NCBI GenBank assembly: GCA_963769025.1
Contig: CAVYKI010000012.1
Span: forward strand, 192,001-256,000
Length of the DNA stretch: 64,000 nt
Reading direction: 5' to 3'
DNA from: an uncultured Verrucomicrobiae bacterium
GTDB taxonomy: Bacteria; Verrucomicrobiota; Verrucomicrobiia; Chthoniobacterales; Chthoniobacteraceae
Shown: piece by piece, positions 9,195-19,148 of the stretch
Numbering within the stretch: position 1 is the first letter of the stretch
Layout: each line of letters opens with the position of its first letter
The notes under the pieces: model-generated
The model's input: only the letters and a program-made list of their open reading frames with translations
Database searches by the model: none
Told to the model about the DNA's origin: nothing
Position numbers and translations under genes: made by a program

Positions 9195-11321
9195 CTAGCG
9201 CGGGCGGGGCCGCGGCTTGAGCTTCGGTCGGACGATGCGCGGCTTGCGCCGGTTTGGGCGCACTTCACCGAGCGCCAGCGCCATGAATTCCGCCTGGCTG
9301 TCGCGCTTCGGATCGCCTTCGGCACGCGGGACCGGCGCGTAGCCGCCCTCGGGTTCGAGCAGCCACGCCTTGGTGTTGTCGGCAAGCTGGCGCCCGAGGA
9401 TTTCGGTCATGATGCGTCCGCGCAACGCCTCGTCCTCGACGGGAACGACGAGCTCGACACGGTTGTAGAAGTTCCGCGACATCCAGTCGCCGCTGCCGAT
9501 GAAGACCTCGGGCTTGCCGGCATTTTCAAAACAGAAGACGCGCGAGTGCTCGAGGTAGCGGCCGACGATGCTGCGCACGGTGATGTTCTCGCTGAGGCCC
9601 GGCACGCCCGGCCGTAGGCAGCAGATGCCGCGGATGATCAAGTCGATCTTCACGCCCGCCTGCGAGGCGCGGTAGAGCGCCTCGATGGTCTTGGCGTCGC
9701 TGAGCGAATTCATCTTCGCGATGATGCGCGCGGGCTTCTTGCGCTGCGCATTTTCCGCCTCGCGCTGGATGAGTGCGAGGACGCGCGGGAGCAAATCGAA
9801 CGGCGCGACGAGCAGCTTTGCCATCGGCTGGAAACGGCCGTAGCCAGTGAGCAGGTTGAAGAGGTTCGTCGCGTCCTCGCCGATTTCGGGCGAGGCGGTG
9901 AGCAGGCTGAGGTCGGTGTAAAGGCGCGCGGTCGTCGGGTTATAGTTGCCCGTCGCGATGTGGATGTAGCGGCGCAGGCGATCATCGTCCTTGCGCACGA
10001 CGAGCGTCATCTTCCCGTGAACCTTGTGGCCGACGAGCCCGTACACGACGTGGACGCCCGCTGCCTCGAGGCGCCTCGCCCACTCGATGTTGTTCGCCTC
10101 GTCGAACCGCGCCTTCAGCTCCGTGACGGCCGTGACCTGCTTGCCGCTCTCGGCGGCGTGCATGAGCGCGCCGACGATGCGCGCGTCGCCGCCGGTGCGG
10201 TAGAGCGTCTGCTTGATCGCTAGGACGGCGGGATCGCGCGCGGCCTGCTCGAGAAAATCCACGACGGTATTGAAGCTCTCGTACGGACTGTGGATGAGCA
10301 CGTCGCGCCGGCGGATCGTGGAGAAGAGCGAGGCGCGGTCGCGGACCGCGGTGGCGATGGGCGCGATGAAGGGCGCGTCGCGCATCTCCGGCGAATGGGC
10401 GGCCTCGTAGATGGCCATCAGCCGCGTGGGATTCACCGGGCCGTCGATGATGTAAAGGTCGTCGTCGGTGAGGCCGAAATTATCGAGCAGCAGCTGCCAG
10501 ATGGGCTGCGGGCAGCTCTCGTCCACCTCGAGCCGCACGGCCTCGCCGCGGCGGCGGTTGCGCAATTCCTCTTCGACGGCCTTGAGCAGGTTGCCCGCGT
10601 CGATCTCGTCCACGTAGAGCTCGCTGTTGCGCGTGACGCGGAAGCACCACTGGCCGCGGATTTTCGTGCCGGGAAAAAGGTCGCCGAGGTAGTGGCCGAT
10701 GAGCGTGGCGAGGAAGACGAAATCCATCTTCCCGTTTTCGCGCGGCAGGCGCACGAGGCGCGGCAGCACGCGCGGCACCTGCACCACCGCGAGGCGCGAG
10801 ACGGTCTCGCCGTCCTGCTCGATGTCGAGGCTCACGCCGATGTTCAGCGACTTGTTCAGGATGTGCGGGAAGGGGTGCGCCGGGTCCACGGCGAGCGGCG
10901 TGAGCACCGGGCGGACCTGCACGCGGTAGTACTCGTCCAGCCACTTGCGGTCGGACTCCTTGAGCTCGCTGTATTCGAGGAAACTGATGCCCGTCTTCGC
11001 GAGCTGCGGGCGCAGTTCGCCGCGCCAGAGCCGGTATTGATCCTCGACCATGCGGCGGACGCGCCGCGTCACCAGCCGGAGGATTTCAGCCGCGGTTTTC
11101 CCATCCATGCTCGGCTGGGCCACGTCGCTCTCCATCTGCTGCTTGAGGCCGGCCACGCGCACCTCGAAAAATTCATCGAGGTTCGAGCTGACGATGCAGA
11201 AGAATTTGATGCGCTCGAGGAGCGGGTTCGCGGGGTTGTGCGCCTCGGCCAGCACGCGCTGGTTGAACTCCAGCCAGCTCAGCTCGCGATTCAGGAATAT
11301 GTCGGGTGGAAAATCAGTCAT
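9195..11321 (-). CDS. ppk1: Polyphosphate kinase 1
   Basis: NRELSWLEFNQRVL, SNLDEFFEVRVAGL, AIKQTLYRT, LEHSR motifs. Confidence 0.97.
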   Translation of the reverse strand: MTDFPPDIFLNRELSWLEFNQRVLAEAHNPANPLLERIKFFCIVSSNLDEFFEVRVAGLKQQMESDVAQPSMDGKTAAEILRLVTRRVRRMVEDQYRLWRGELRPQLAKTGISFLEYSELKESDRKWLDEYYRVQVRPVLTPLAVDPAHPFPHILNKSLNIGVSLDIEQDGETVSRLAVVQVPRVLPRLVRLPRENGKMDFVFLATLIGHYLGDLFPGTKIRGQWCFRVTRNSELYVDEIDAGNLLKAVEEELRNRRRGEAVRLEVDESCPQPIWQLLLDNFGLTDDDLYIIDGPVNPTRLMAIYEAAHSPEMRDAPFIAPIATAVRDRASLFSTIRRRDVLIHSPYESFNTVVDFLEQAARDPAVLAIKQTLYRTGGDARIVGALMHAAESGKQVTAVTELKARFDEANNIEWARRLEAAGVHVVYGLVGHKVHGKMTLVVRKDDDRLRRYIHIATGNYNPTTARLYTDLSLLTASPEIGEDATNLFNLLTGYGRFQPMAKLLVAPFDLLPRVLALIQREAENAQRKKPARIIAKMNSLSDAKTIEALYRASQAGVKIDLIIRGICCLRPGVPGLSENITVRSIVGRYLEHSRVFCFENAGKPEVFIGSGDWMSRNFYNRVELVVPVEDEALRGRIMTEILGRQLADNTKAWLLEPEGGYAPVPRAEGDPKRDSQAEFMALALGEVRPNRRKPRIVRPKLKPRPRPR

Positions 11322-11482
11322 GGCTCGTGCGCGTGGCCGCCGTGTTTTCCAAGGCTGCCAGCGCTGGCAATGGCCAGCAAGCCCGGCAATGTGACATCGC
11401 CTTTCCTCGAAAGCGGGCGCTCTGCTTGCAGCGCGGGACGCCGCCGTGGTAAAGCGCGCGGATGCCGTCCGATCATTCGTCC

Positions 11483-12241
11483 ATGAAACTGCGCGACCCC
11501 GTCGGACTGAGGAAGGGGCGTTCGCTCGACGACCTCGTCCACGAGGAAGTGTCCGCCAAGGCATACAAGCACGACCTCCGCGAGGCGCAGCTCGAGCTGC
11601 TGACGTGGCAGCGCCGGCTCACGGAAACGAAGAACAACGTGATCGTGGTGATGGAAGGCCCGGACGCGGCGGGGAAGGGCGGAGCCATCAAGCGGCTCGT
11701 CGAACGGCTCGATCCGCGACTGGTGCGTGTCCACTCGACGGTGAAGCCATCGAGTGACGAGAACGAGCGGCACTACCTCTGGCGGTTCTGGTCGCGCCTT
11801 CCGCAGTACGGGCGGATGGTCGTGTTCGATCGCTCGTGGTACGGGCGCGTGCTGGTGGAGCGGGTCGAGGGTTTCTGCAGCCCCGCGGAATGGAAACGTG
11901 CGTACCGGGAGATCAACGAATTTGAGCGCCAGCTCCTCGACGACGGCACGATCATCATCAAGCTCTTCCTCTTCATCACGAAGGACGAGCAGCTCGTGCG
12001 CTTCAAGGCCCGCGAGGCCGACCCGTACAAGCACTGGAAGATCAGCGACGAGGACTGGCGCAACCGCCGGCATTGGAAGGAGAACATCGAGGCCGCGCAG
12101 GACATGCTTTTCAAGACCTCCACCGAGCGTGCGCCGTGGAATGTGATCGGCGCGAACTACAAGTGGCACACCCGCGTGAAGGTGGTAAACGCGGTCGTCG
12201 AGGCGCTTCACAAGGCAAAGCTCCGCGATTCCGCGCTATGA
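11483..12241 (+). CDS. ppk2: Polyphosphate kinase 2 family protein
   Basis: EGPDAAGKGGAIKR, FDRSWYGRVLVERVEG motifs. Confidence 0.95.
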   Translation: MKLRDPVGLRKGRSLDDLVHEEVSAKAYKHDLREAQLELLTWQRRLTETKNNVIVVMEGPDAAGKGGAIKRLVERLDPRLVRVHSTVKPSSDENERHYLWRFWSRLPQYGRMVVFDRSWYGRVLVERVEGFCSPAEWKRAYREINEFERQLLDDGTIIIKLFLFITKDEQLVRFKAREADPYKHWKISDEDWRNRRHWKENIEAAQDMLFKTSTERAPWNVIGANYKWHTRVKVVNAVVEALHKAKLRDSAL

Positions 12242-12903
12242 GACTCGCGGCCTATGCGATGGCGGTGCTGCTGCTGGCGGGCTGTGAAAGACCGGATACC
12301 GGCCGCGAGGCCGTGGACCTCGGCGACAAGCGCGCGAAGCTCGGCGCCTACCGCGAAGCCGTGCGCGCATACGAGGGCGCGCTCGACGGCACCGCGAAAA
12401 CCGCGGAGGTCCACTACAAGCTCGGCGTCCTCTACGACGACAAGCTGAAGGTGCCGCTCTCCGCGATTCACCATTACGAGCGCTACCTCGAACTCGTCCC
12501 CACGGGCGGACGCTCGAAGGAAGCGAAGACGGCCAAGACCGATTGCGAGAAACGCCTTCATCTCACGCTCAAGGACGGCGGCCTGATGACGACCGCCGAG
12601 GCCGCGCGCCTGCGCAACGAGAACGAACGCCTGCGCAAGGACCTCGCCGAACTTCACGCCCTGAAGCCCCCTCCCCCGCCCAACGCACCGATCCCGGGCG
12701 GCACGGACAAAATGCCTCCCGGCGCCCGCACGCATCTCGTGGCGAAGGGCGACACGCTCGCCTCCATCTCGTTCAAGTACTACCGCAATCGCGCGAACTC
12801 GTCCCAGATCAAGGACGCGAACTTCAACCAGCTCGGCGGAAAGGACATCATCAAGCCCGGCATGACGCTCATCATCCCCGAGGCTGCGAAGCGGAAAAAA
12901 TAG
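12238..12903 (+). CDS. Lipoprotein with TPR and C-terminal LysM domain
   Basis: Lipobox LLAGC; TPR; HLVAKGDTLASISFKYY...IKPGMTLIIP LysM. Confidence 0.8.
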   Translation: MRLAAYAMAVLLLAGCERPDTGREAVDLGDKRAKLGAYREAVRAYEGALDGTAKTAEVHYKLGVLYDDKLKVPLSAIHHYERYLELVPTGGRSKEAKTAKTDCEKRLHLTLKDGGLMTTAEAARLRNENERLRKDLAELHALKPPPPPNAPIPGGTDKMPPGARTHLVAKGDTLASISFKYYRNRANSSQIKDANFNQLGGKDIIKPGMTLIIPEAAKRKK

Positions 12904-12948
12904 CTGCGCTTGCGGGCAGGCCGCGCAGCCGCTATCACCCGCGCGCAA

Positions 12949-13749
12949 ATGACCATCATTGATCACGAGTTCGCTGACATCGCCACGCCGGGCGGGCCGA
13001 TGCGCGCGCACATCTTCCGACCCGCGGCTCCGGGGAAATATCCCGCCATCTCGCTCTTCTCGGAAATCTTCCAGGTCACCGGCCCCATCCGCCGCACGGC
13101 TGCGATGCTCGCGGGCCACGGCTTCATCGTCGCAGCGCCGGAAATCTTCCATGAATACGAACCCGCCGGCACGGTGCTCGGCTATGACAGCGCCGGCGCC
13201 GACCGCGGCAACTGGTGCAAGCAGGACAAGCCGATCGCGGCCTACGACGCGGACCTCGCGGCGCTCCGCGAGTTTTTGAAAACGCACCCGAACAGCACCG
13301 GGCGCCTCGGCTCCATGGGTCTCTGCATCGGCGGCCATCTCAATTTCCGGAACTGCTTCAGCCCCGACATCCGCGCGGGCGTGTGTTTTTACGCGACGGA
13401 CATTCACAAGATCGAAACCCACAAGCGCGGCCTCGGCGAAGGCATGGCCGACGACACGCTCGAGCGCGCCCGGCGCGGCGACATCAAGGCCGAGCTCCTC
13501 ATGGTCTGGGGCAGGCAGGACCCGCACATTCCCTTCGAGGGCCGGATGCAGATTCGCCGCGCACTCGAGGAAGGTGGCGCCAATCACCAGACCTTCGAGG
13601 TGAACGGTGCGCACGCATTTCTCCGCGACGAGGGGCCGCGCTACAATCCCGCGCTCGCCCGCCAGTGCTACGGCCTCGCCATCGAGCTCTTCCAGCGCCG
13701 CCTCGGCGAAGGCGACCTGCCCGCCGAAGCCGCCGGACCGAAGCACTGA
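12949..13749 (+). CDS. Dienelactone hydrolase family protein
   Basis: SEIFQVTGPI, GLCIGG nucleophile motif, AHAFLRDEG. Confidence 0.9.
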   Translation: MTIIDHEFADIATPGGPMRAHIFRPAAPGKYPAISLFSEIFQVTGPIRRTAAMLAGHGFIVAAPEIFHEYEPAGTVLGYDSAGADRGNWCKQDKPIAAYDADLAALREFLKTHPNSTGRLGSMGLCIGGHLNFRNCFSPDIRAGVCFYATDIHKIETHKRGLGEGMADDTLERARRGDIKAELLMVWGRQDPHIPFEGRMQIRRALEEGGANHQTFEVNGAHAFLRDEGPRYNPALARQCYGLAIELFQRRLGEGDLPAEAAGPKH

Positions 13750-13885
13750 TCGGAAACCCGCGAGCGGCTTGCGGAATCCGCAGGAAATCCGGACTCCCTC
13801 GCCCGTCATCGGCAATGCGTCCCGTTCGGAGCGGACGATGATTTCCGGATTGTCTTAGCCGCGCCGCGGGAATGGACTCCCGCGC

Positions 13886-15598
13886 ATGAAACTCCCCTTC
13901 CATCCCAAGCGGTTCGCCTTGGCGTTCGTCGGTCTCGCGGCACTGACTTTCACGCAGTGCAACAAACCCGGTGCCGGAACCTCGGCCGGCTCGCCGCCCA
14001 CGGTGAACCCAGGCGCGACGGGAAATTCCATCGCGCTCATCGGCGAAGGCGCTTCGCCTTCGTTCCGCGCAGTCGCATCGCGACTGGAACTCGGCGGGCG
14101 CTCCTTCGAATACTCGGAGACCGGCGGCGCGCCGGCACTCGCGGCATTTTTGGATGAAATCATCAAGGCTCTCCCGGCCTCCGAGCGCAAAGACATCCCG
14201 GCCGGCTTCACCTTTGCGGAGCTGTTCAGCCTCCTCGGCGTCGATTCGGTCGCCGCCACGGGATCGAGCTCGCGCGCACGCGCCGATGGTTCGTTTCACT
14301 CGCGCAGCTTCGCCTACATGCCGCAGGGCAGGAAGGGCCTGCTCACGTTGGGCGGCGGGCCTGCGGCGAAACTCATGCTCCTCGACATCGCACCAAAGGA
14401 CACGGACCTCGCGCTGGAGTTTCCGCTCTACCTGAAGGATTTCGCGCGAGAGGCGATGCCCAAAATCCTCGCGATGATTCCGCCCGCGGAGCGCGCGCAG
14501 GTGGAGCGGCAAATGTCGCAGCCAGTCCCGCCGCTCGGGCTCAGCGGCAGGCAGATCATCGAGAAGCTCGACGCCCACATCGGCATTTTCCTCCGGCTCG
14601 ATCCGACGCAGAAATTCCAGCCGTCGCCCGATGCGCCGCCGATGCCGGGCATGGACGGCGTGATCGCGATCGACCGCCTCGGCTGGCTCGTCGAGGCGCT
14701 GAAGCCGCAGTTCATGCCGATGCTCTCGCAGCCCGGCGGCCCGGTGAAGGTCACCGAAGAAGGCGGCGTGCTCACGATTCGCTTTACGGGCCCCGCCGGA
14801 CCTCCGCCGATGGACTACCAGCCCGTCGTGCGCTTTGACCCGAAGGCCGACCGCATCCTCATCGCCACGCGCCCCGCGCTCTTCGACTCGGTCGTGGCGG
14901 GCACGGAAAAAATCACCCAGGGCGCGGACTTCACACAGGCGTGGCGCGACCTCCCGAGCGACGGCAACACCTGCATCTACGCCTCATCGCGCCTGCTGCA
15001 GACCATCAGCGACCTCATCGCGAAGTCCGCACAGACCGCGAGCACATCGGCGGCGGACGCGGCGTTGGCGGGGAAATTTTTCGGTTGGGTGAAACCGCTC
15101 CTCAGCCGCGGACAGGCGATGGTGATCGCAAACCAGCCCGACGGCATCTTCGCGCTCTCGAACACCTCCATCCCCGCGGGCTCCTCGACGATGACCGCGG
15201 TCTCCACGGTCGCCGTGCTGGCGGCATTTGCGCTGCCCGCCGTTTCGAAGGTCCGGCTGAAGGCGGTGGAGGCCAGCGAACTCAACACTCTGAAACAGGT
15301 GCAACTCGGCCTGAGGATGTATGCCGCGGACAATGACGGAAAATATCCCCCGGCTCTCTCGGCGCTCGCCCCAACCTACATCGGGAGCAGTCAGATCCTG
15401 GAGTTCACCGATCCCCGAACGAAACAACGCACGCCGTGGCTTTACCGCAGTTCGCTCTCCGAGGGATCCCCGGGCAGCGAGGTGCTCGTCGCCGCGCCGG
15501 TGGCATCGCCGGACCGCAAGCGCGCCGTCGGATTCAACGACGGCAGCGTGAGGAGCATCCCGGAGGCCGAATTCCAAGGCCTGTGGAACCGCAAATAG
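13886..15598 (+). CDS. Lipoprotein with C-terminal pseudopilin-like (DUF1559/GspG-like) domain
   Basis: Lipobox-like TFTQC; C-terminal AVLAAFALPAV...NTLKQVQLGLRMYAADNDGKYP and FNDGSV. Confidence 0.65.
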   Translation: MKLPFHPKRFALAFVGLAALTFTQCNKPGAGTSAGSPPTVNPGATGNSIALIGEGASPSFRAVASRLELGGRSFEYSETGGAPALAAFLDEIIKALPASERKDIPAGFTFAELFSLLGVDSVAATGSSSRARADGSFHSRSFAYMPQGRKGLLTLGGGPAAKLMLLDIAPKDTDLALEFPLYLKDFAREAMPKILAMIPPAERAQVERQMSQPVPPLGLSGRQIIEKLDAHIGIFLRLDPTQKFQPSPDAPPMPGMDGVIAIDRLGWLVEALKPQFMPMLSQPGGPVKVTEEGGVLTIRFTGPAGPPPMDYQPVVRFDPKADRILIATRPALFDSVVAGTEKITQGADFTQAWRDLPSDGNTCIYASSRLLQTISDLIAKSAQTASTSAADAALAGKFFGWVKPLLSRGQAMVIANQPDGIFALSNTSIPAGSSTMTAVSTVAVLAAFALPAVSKVRLKAVEASELNTLKQVQLGLRMYAADNDGKYPPALSALAPTYIGSSQILEFTDPRTKQRTPWLYRSSLSEGSPGSEVLVAAPVASPDRKRAVGFNDGSVRSIPEAEFQGLWNRK

Positions 15599-15616
15599 CC
15601 CGGGCCGGCCTGACGC

Positions 15617-16099
15617 CTACTTGAGCTTCAGGCTGTCCACGTGCTTGCGCAGCTTCGCCTGCAGTGCAGCCCACTGCGACTCCTTCGCCGTGGCGGTGAC
15701 CAGATACACGCGATCCCCTTTCTTCAGTGCGCGAGCGTAAAAGTGAAGGTCGCCGCTTTTGGTGGTGGCAGCGTATTCAGCACGCCATTCGTCCTCGCTC
15801 TTTTGCTCCTCGGAAAGGATTTTCCACTTCATCTCGACAAACTGTCCCTTCGAGAGCGCCGCGTATTCCTTGATGGTCCCCTTATACGGCTGGATGTTCA
15901 CGTTGATGTTCGGCGCGAAGCCCTCGCTGACCGGAAGAAACATCAGGATCGCCGTCGTCGTCGCTCCGCCGGGTTCGCCGTCCAGCGCCTCGATCTCGAA
16001 TCCGTATTGCGGAAGATCGATCGTGCCTGCCCCGGCGTGTGGCAGGAAAGACGTGAGAAGGAATGAAAGGGCGACCGCGGTGAGCCTGATGAGTTTCAT
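15617..16099 (-). CDS. Secreted PsbP/DcrB-like protein
   Basis: Signal peptide; FAPNINVNIQ and VYLVTATA motifs. Confidence 0.6.
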   Translation of the reverse strand: MKLIRLTAVALSFLLTSFLPHAGAGTIDLPQYGFEIEALDGEPGGATTTAILMFLPVSEGFAPNINVNIQPYKGTIKEYAALSKGQFVEMKWKILSEEQKSEDEWRAEYAATTKSGDLHFYARALKKGDRVYLVTATAKESQWAALQAKLRKHVDSLKLK

Positions 16100-16229
16100 G
16101 GTCTGCAGAGAATGTGTGGCTCACGCGGTGAGGTCAACGGCGCGCTGCGGCGCGGACGTGGGCTGGCAAGGGGGCACAAAAAGGATCGGCTCGCCAATGC
16201 GCACGCGCATGGTTAATTCCGGCGTTTCC

Positions 16230-17498
16230 ATGACCTCCAAGACTCTCCTCCTCGCCGCCGCGCTCTTCACTTTCACCCTCCATGCCGAGGAAAACTGGCC
16301 GCAGTTCCGCGGGCCGAACGGCGACGGCCGCTCGGATGCAAAATCGCTGCCCGTCGAGATGGGCGAGGGCGTCAATGTGAAGTGGAAGGCTGCGACGCAT
16401 GGCAAGGCGTGGTCTTCGCCGGTCATCTGGGGGAATGAAGTGTGGCTCACGACCGCGACCGAGGACGGCAAGGAACTCGGAGTCATGGCGTTCGACAAGA
16501 CGACCGGGAAGGTGCTGCACGACAAGGTGCTCTTCCGCGTCGAGACGCCGCAGTTTTGCCATAAGTTCAACAGCTACGCGTCGCCGACTCCGGTCATCGA
16601 GGAAGGGCGCATCTACGTGAGCTACGGATCGCCCGGCCTCGCCTGCCTCGACACGAAGACGTGCGCGGTGCTGTGGGAGCGGCGTGATTTCGTGTGCAAT
16701 CACTTCCGCGGGTCGGGGAGTTCGCCGGTGATCTGGAACGGGTTGCTCTTTAATCATTTCGACGGCAGCGATCACCAGTTCGTCGTCGCGCTCGACAAAA
16801 ACACCGGCAAAACCGTGTGGAATGTGAAGCGCTCGGTGGACTACAAGGACATCGAGCCCGACGGGAAAGTGCAGGCGGACGGCGACTGGCGGAAGGCTTA
16901 CGCGACGCCGCAGGTGATCGAGTGGCAGGGCAAGCCGCTGCTGCTCTCCAGCGGCGCGAAGGCGCATTACGGCTATGAACCGATGACCGGCAAGGAAGTG
17001 TTCCGCTTCGAGGAGGCCGGAGCGCACAGCTCCGGCTCGAGGCCGGTGGTCGGCCATGGGATGTGGTTCATCACGCCGGGCTTTGGGAAAAGGAACCAGA
17101 TCGTCGCAGTGAAGCTCGGCGGCAGCGGGGCGCTCGACGAATCGTCCGTCGCGTGGCGCGCTGCGAAGATCGCGCCGAGCAAGCCGTCGCTGCTGCTCGA
17201 CGGCGAGTACCTGTATGCCGTGGACGACAAGGGCATCGCGTCGTGCATCGAGGCAAAGACCGGCGAGGTGAAGTGGAGCGAGCGCGTCGGCGGCGACTAC
17301 TCGGCGTCGCCATTGCTCACGGCGGGACGGCTCTACTTTTTCAGCGAAAACGGCACCGTGACGGTGCTCGCCGCGGCACCCGAGTTCAAAAAGCTCGGCG
17401 GTGGAAAATTTGATGACGGCTTCATGGCCGCACCCGCTGTGAGCGGCAAGGCGATGTTCCTGCGCACCAAGTCGGCGCTTTACCGCGTGGAGGAATAA
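16230..17498 (+). CDS. PQQ-binding-like beta-propeller repeat protein
   Basis: ENWPQFRGPNGDG, WSSPVI, ALDKNTGKTVW repeats; signal peptide. Confidence 0.9.
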   Translation: MTSKTLLLAAALFTFTLHAEENWPQFRGPNGDGRSDAKSLPVEMGEGVNVKWKAATHGKAWSSPVIWGNEVWLTTATEDGKELGVMAFDKTTGKVLHDKVLFRVETPQFCHKFNSYASPTPVIEEGRIYVSYGSPGLACLDTKTCAVLWERRDFVCNHFRGSGSSPVIWNGLLFNHFDGSDHQFVVALDKNTGKTVWNVKRSVDYKDIEPDGKVQADGDWRKAYATPQVIEWQGKPLLLSSGAKAHYGYEPMTGKEVFRFEEAGAHSSGSRPVVGHGMWFITPGFGKRNQIVAVKLGGSGALDESSVAWRAAKIAPSKPSLLLDGEYLYAVDDKGIASCIEAKTGEVKWSERVGGDYSASPLLTAGRLYFFSENGTVTVLAAAPEFKKLGGGKFDDGFMAAPAVSGKAMFLRTKSALYRVEE

Positions 17499-17503
17499 CC
17501 CGC

Positions 17504-18433
17504 GTGCCGTCGCTCGTCGAAAGTCTCGCGCTCCTCGCCGACGCCACGCGGCTGCGGCTGCTGCTGCTGCTCGGCGAAGAGGAGCTGTCGGTCGTCGAGC
17601 TGCAGGAGATTCTCGGCATGGGCCAGTCGCGGATTTCCAACCATCTCGCGCAGCTCCGGCAGGCGGGCCTCGTGCGCGACCGGCGCTCGGGAAAAAACAT
17701 CTACTACGCGCTGATCGGCCGCGAGGCGATGCCCGACCTCGATCCGATCCTGACCGCCGCGCGGCGCGAGATCACGGAGGCTGAGCACGACCGCACGGCG
17801 CTCAAGGTCGCGGTGCAGAAGCGCAACGACCGCACGCGGGAATACTTCAACAAGCTGGCCGGAAAGTTTGGCCGCACGCACTGCCCGGGGCGGACGTGGG
17901 AGGCCGTGGCGCACTTCCTTTTCCTTCTCGTGCCGCCCTCGACGATCGCCGCGGACCTCGGCGCGGGCGAAGGCGCGCTTTCGCAGCTCCTCGCGAAGCG
18001 CGTGCAGAAGGTGATCGCCGTGGACAACAGCGAGAAGATGGTGGAATTCGGCGTGAAGCTCGCGAAGGAACACGGCCTGCAAAATCTCGAATTCCGGCTC
18101 GGCGACATCGAGCAGCCGCCCATCGATCCTGACAGCGTGGATCTCGTGCTGCTGAGCCAGGCGCTGCACCACGCCGAGCATCCGCAGGCTGCGATCGCCG
18201 CCGCTCACAAGGTGCTGAGGAAGGGCGGGCGCATCGTCGTGCTCGACCTGCTGCAGCATCAGTTCGAGGAAGCGCGGGAACTTTACGCGGACCGCTGGCT
18301 CGGCTTCGGCGAGGCGGATCTGCATGGCTGGCTGGAGAAGGCGGGCTTCGGCGGGATCGAAGTCATGACCGTCGCGCGCGAGCCGCAGCCGCCGCACCTT
18401 CAGACGCTGCTCGCGACGGGCGTGAAGGCCTGA
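17504..18433 (+). CDS. ArsR HTH fused to a SAM-methyltransferase domain (SahR/SamR-like regulator)
   Basis: LADATRLRLL...QSRISNHLAQLRQAGLV HTH; ADLGAGEG, SQALHH motifs. Confidence 0.9.
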   Translation: MPSLVESLALLADATRLRLLLLLGEEELSVVELQEILGMGQSRISNHLAQLRQAGLVRDRRSGKNIYYALIGREAMPDLDPILTAARREITEAEHDRTALKVAVQKRNDRTREYFNKLAGKFGRTHCPGRTWEAVAHFLFLLVPPSTIAADLGAGEGALSQLLAKRVQKVIAVDNSEKMVEFGVKLAKEHGLQNLEFRLGDIEQPPIDPDSVDLVLLSQALHHAEHPQAAIAAAHKVLRKGGRIVVLDLLQHQFEEARELYADRWLGFGEADLHGWLEKAGFGGIEVMTVAREPQPPHLQTLLATGVKA

Positions 18434-18434
18434 C

Positions 18435-19040
18435 CTACTCCGCGCGGATCTCGATGGGCGTGCCGGCGCGCACCTTCTCGAAGATGAGCGGGGCGATCTC
18501 CTTCGGGACTCGGATGGAACCGTGCGCCGCCGGATAACCGGGCAGGATGCCGCCGTGGATGCCGAAGCCAGCGACCGTGAACCGGCAGAAATGCGTCATC
18601 GGCTCGGCGACAAAGCGCGTGCCCGCCGGCGCGACATCGAGCCTCATGCTCACGCCCGAGCGGACGGTGCGCCCGAGCTTGTCCACGAAGCTGCCGTAGT
18701 ATGCGGACTGCATGCCCTTCACTTTTTCCAGCACCGAGAAAGTCCCCACCGGCGTGGGACCGCCGCGTTTTCCCGAGGAGATGGGCGTGTCGATGCACAC
18801 CTTCTCGCCGTTCATCAACATGGCCCGCTGGGTGGCGAGGTTGACGACGATCCGCGTCTTTTCCGGCGTCGCCGCTGCGAGCAATTCCGGGACTACACGC
18901 GGCGGGTCCTGTTTCCGGATCATATCGGCCGGGGTCTTCGCAGGCGGCTTGCCGGAGTCCTCCGCGGGCACGGCGACGCCCCGCGGGACTGCGAGCATGC
19001 ACACGGCGGCTGCGAGGATGGGGCGGAACGTCGGAAACAT
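18435..19040 (-). CDS. L,D-transpeptidase (YkuD) family protein
   Basis: IVVNLATQRA, ISSGK..PTPVGTF, GIHGG..PGYPAAHGSIRVP motifs. Confidence 0.85.
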   Translation of the reverse strand: MFPTFRPILAAAVCMLAVPRGVAVPAEDSGKPPAKTPADMIRKQDPPRVVPELLAAATPEKTRIVVNLATQRAMLMNGEKVCIDTPISSGKRGGPTPVGTFSVLEKVKGMQSAYYGSFVDKLGRTVRSGVSMRLDVAPAGTRFVAEPMTHFCRFTVAGFGIHGGILPGYPAAHGSIRVPKEIAPLIFEKVRAGTPIEIRAE

Positions 19041-19148
19041 GCTGCGGTGTTTGTATGGAACGGTTTCTCCGCGCCGCAATGACAGAAATCGATGAGCCGC
19101 GTTGCCACGGTCCCGGCACGTGCCTATAAGCAGGCCCGCCCGTTCACC

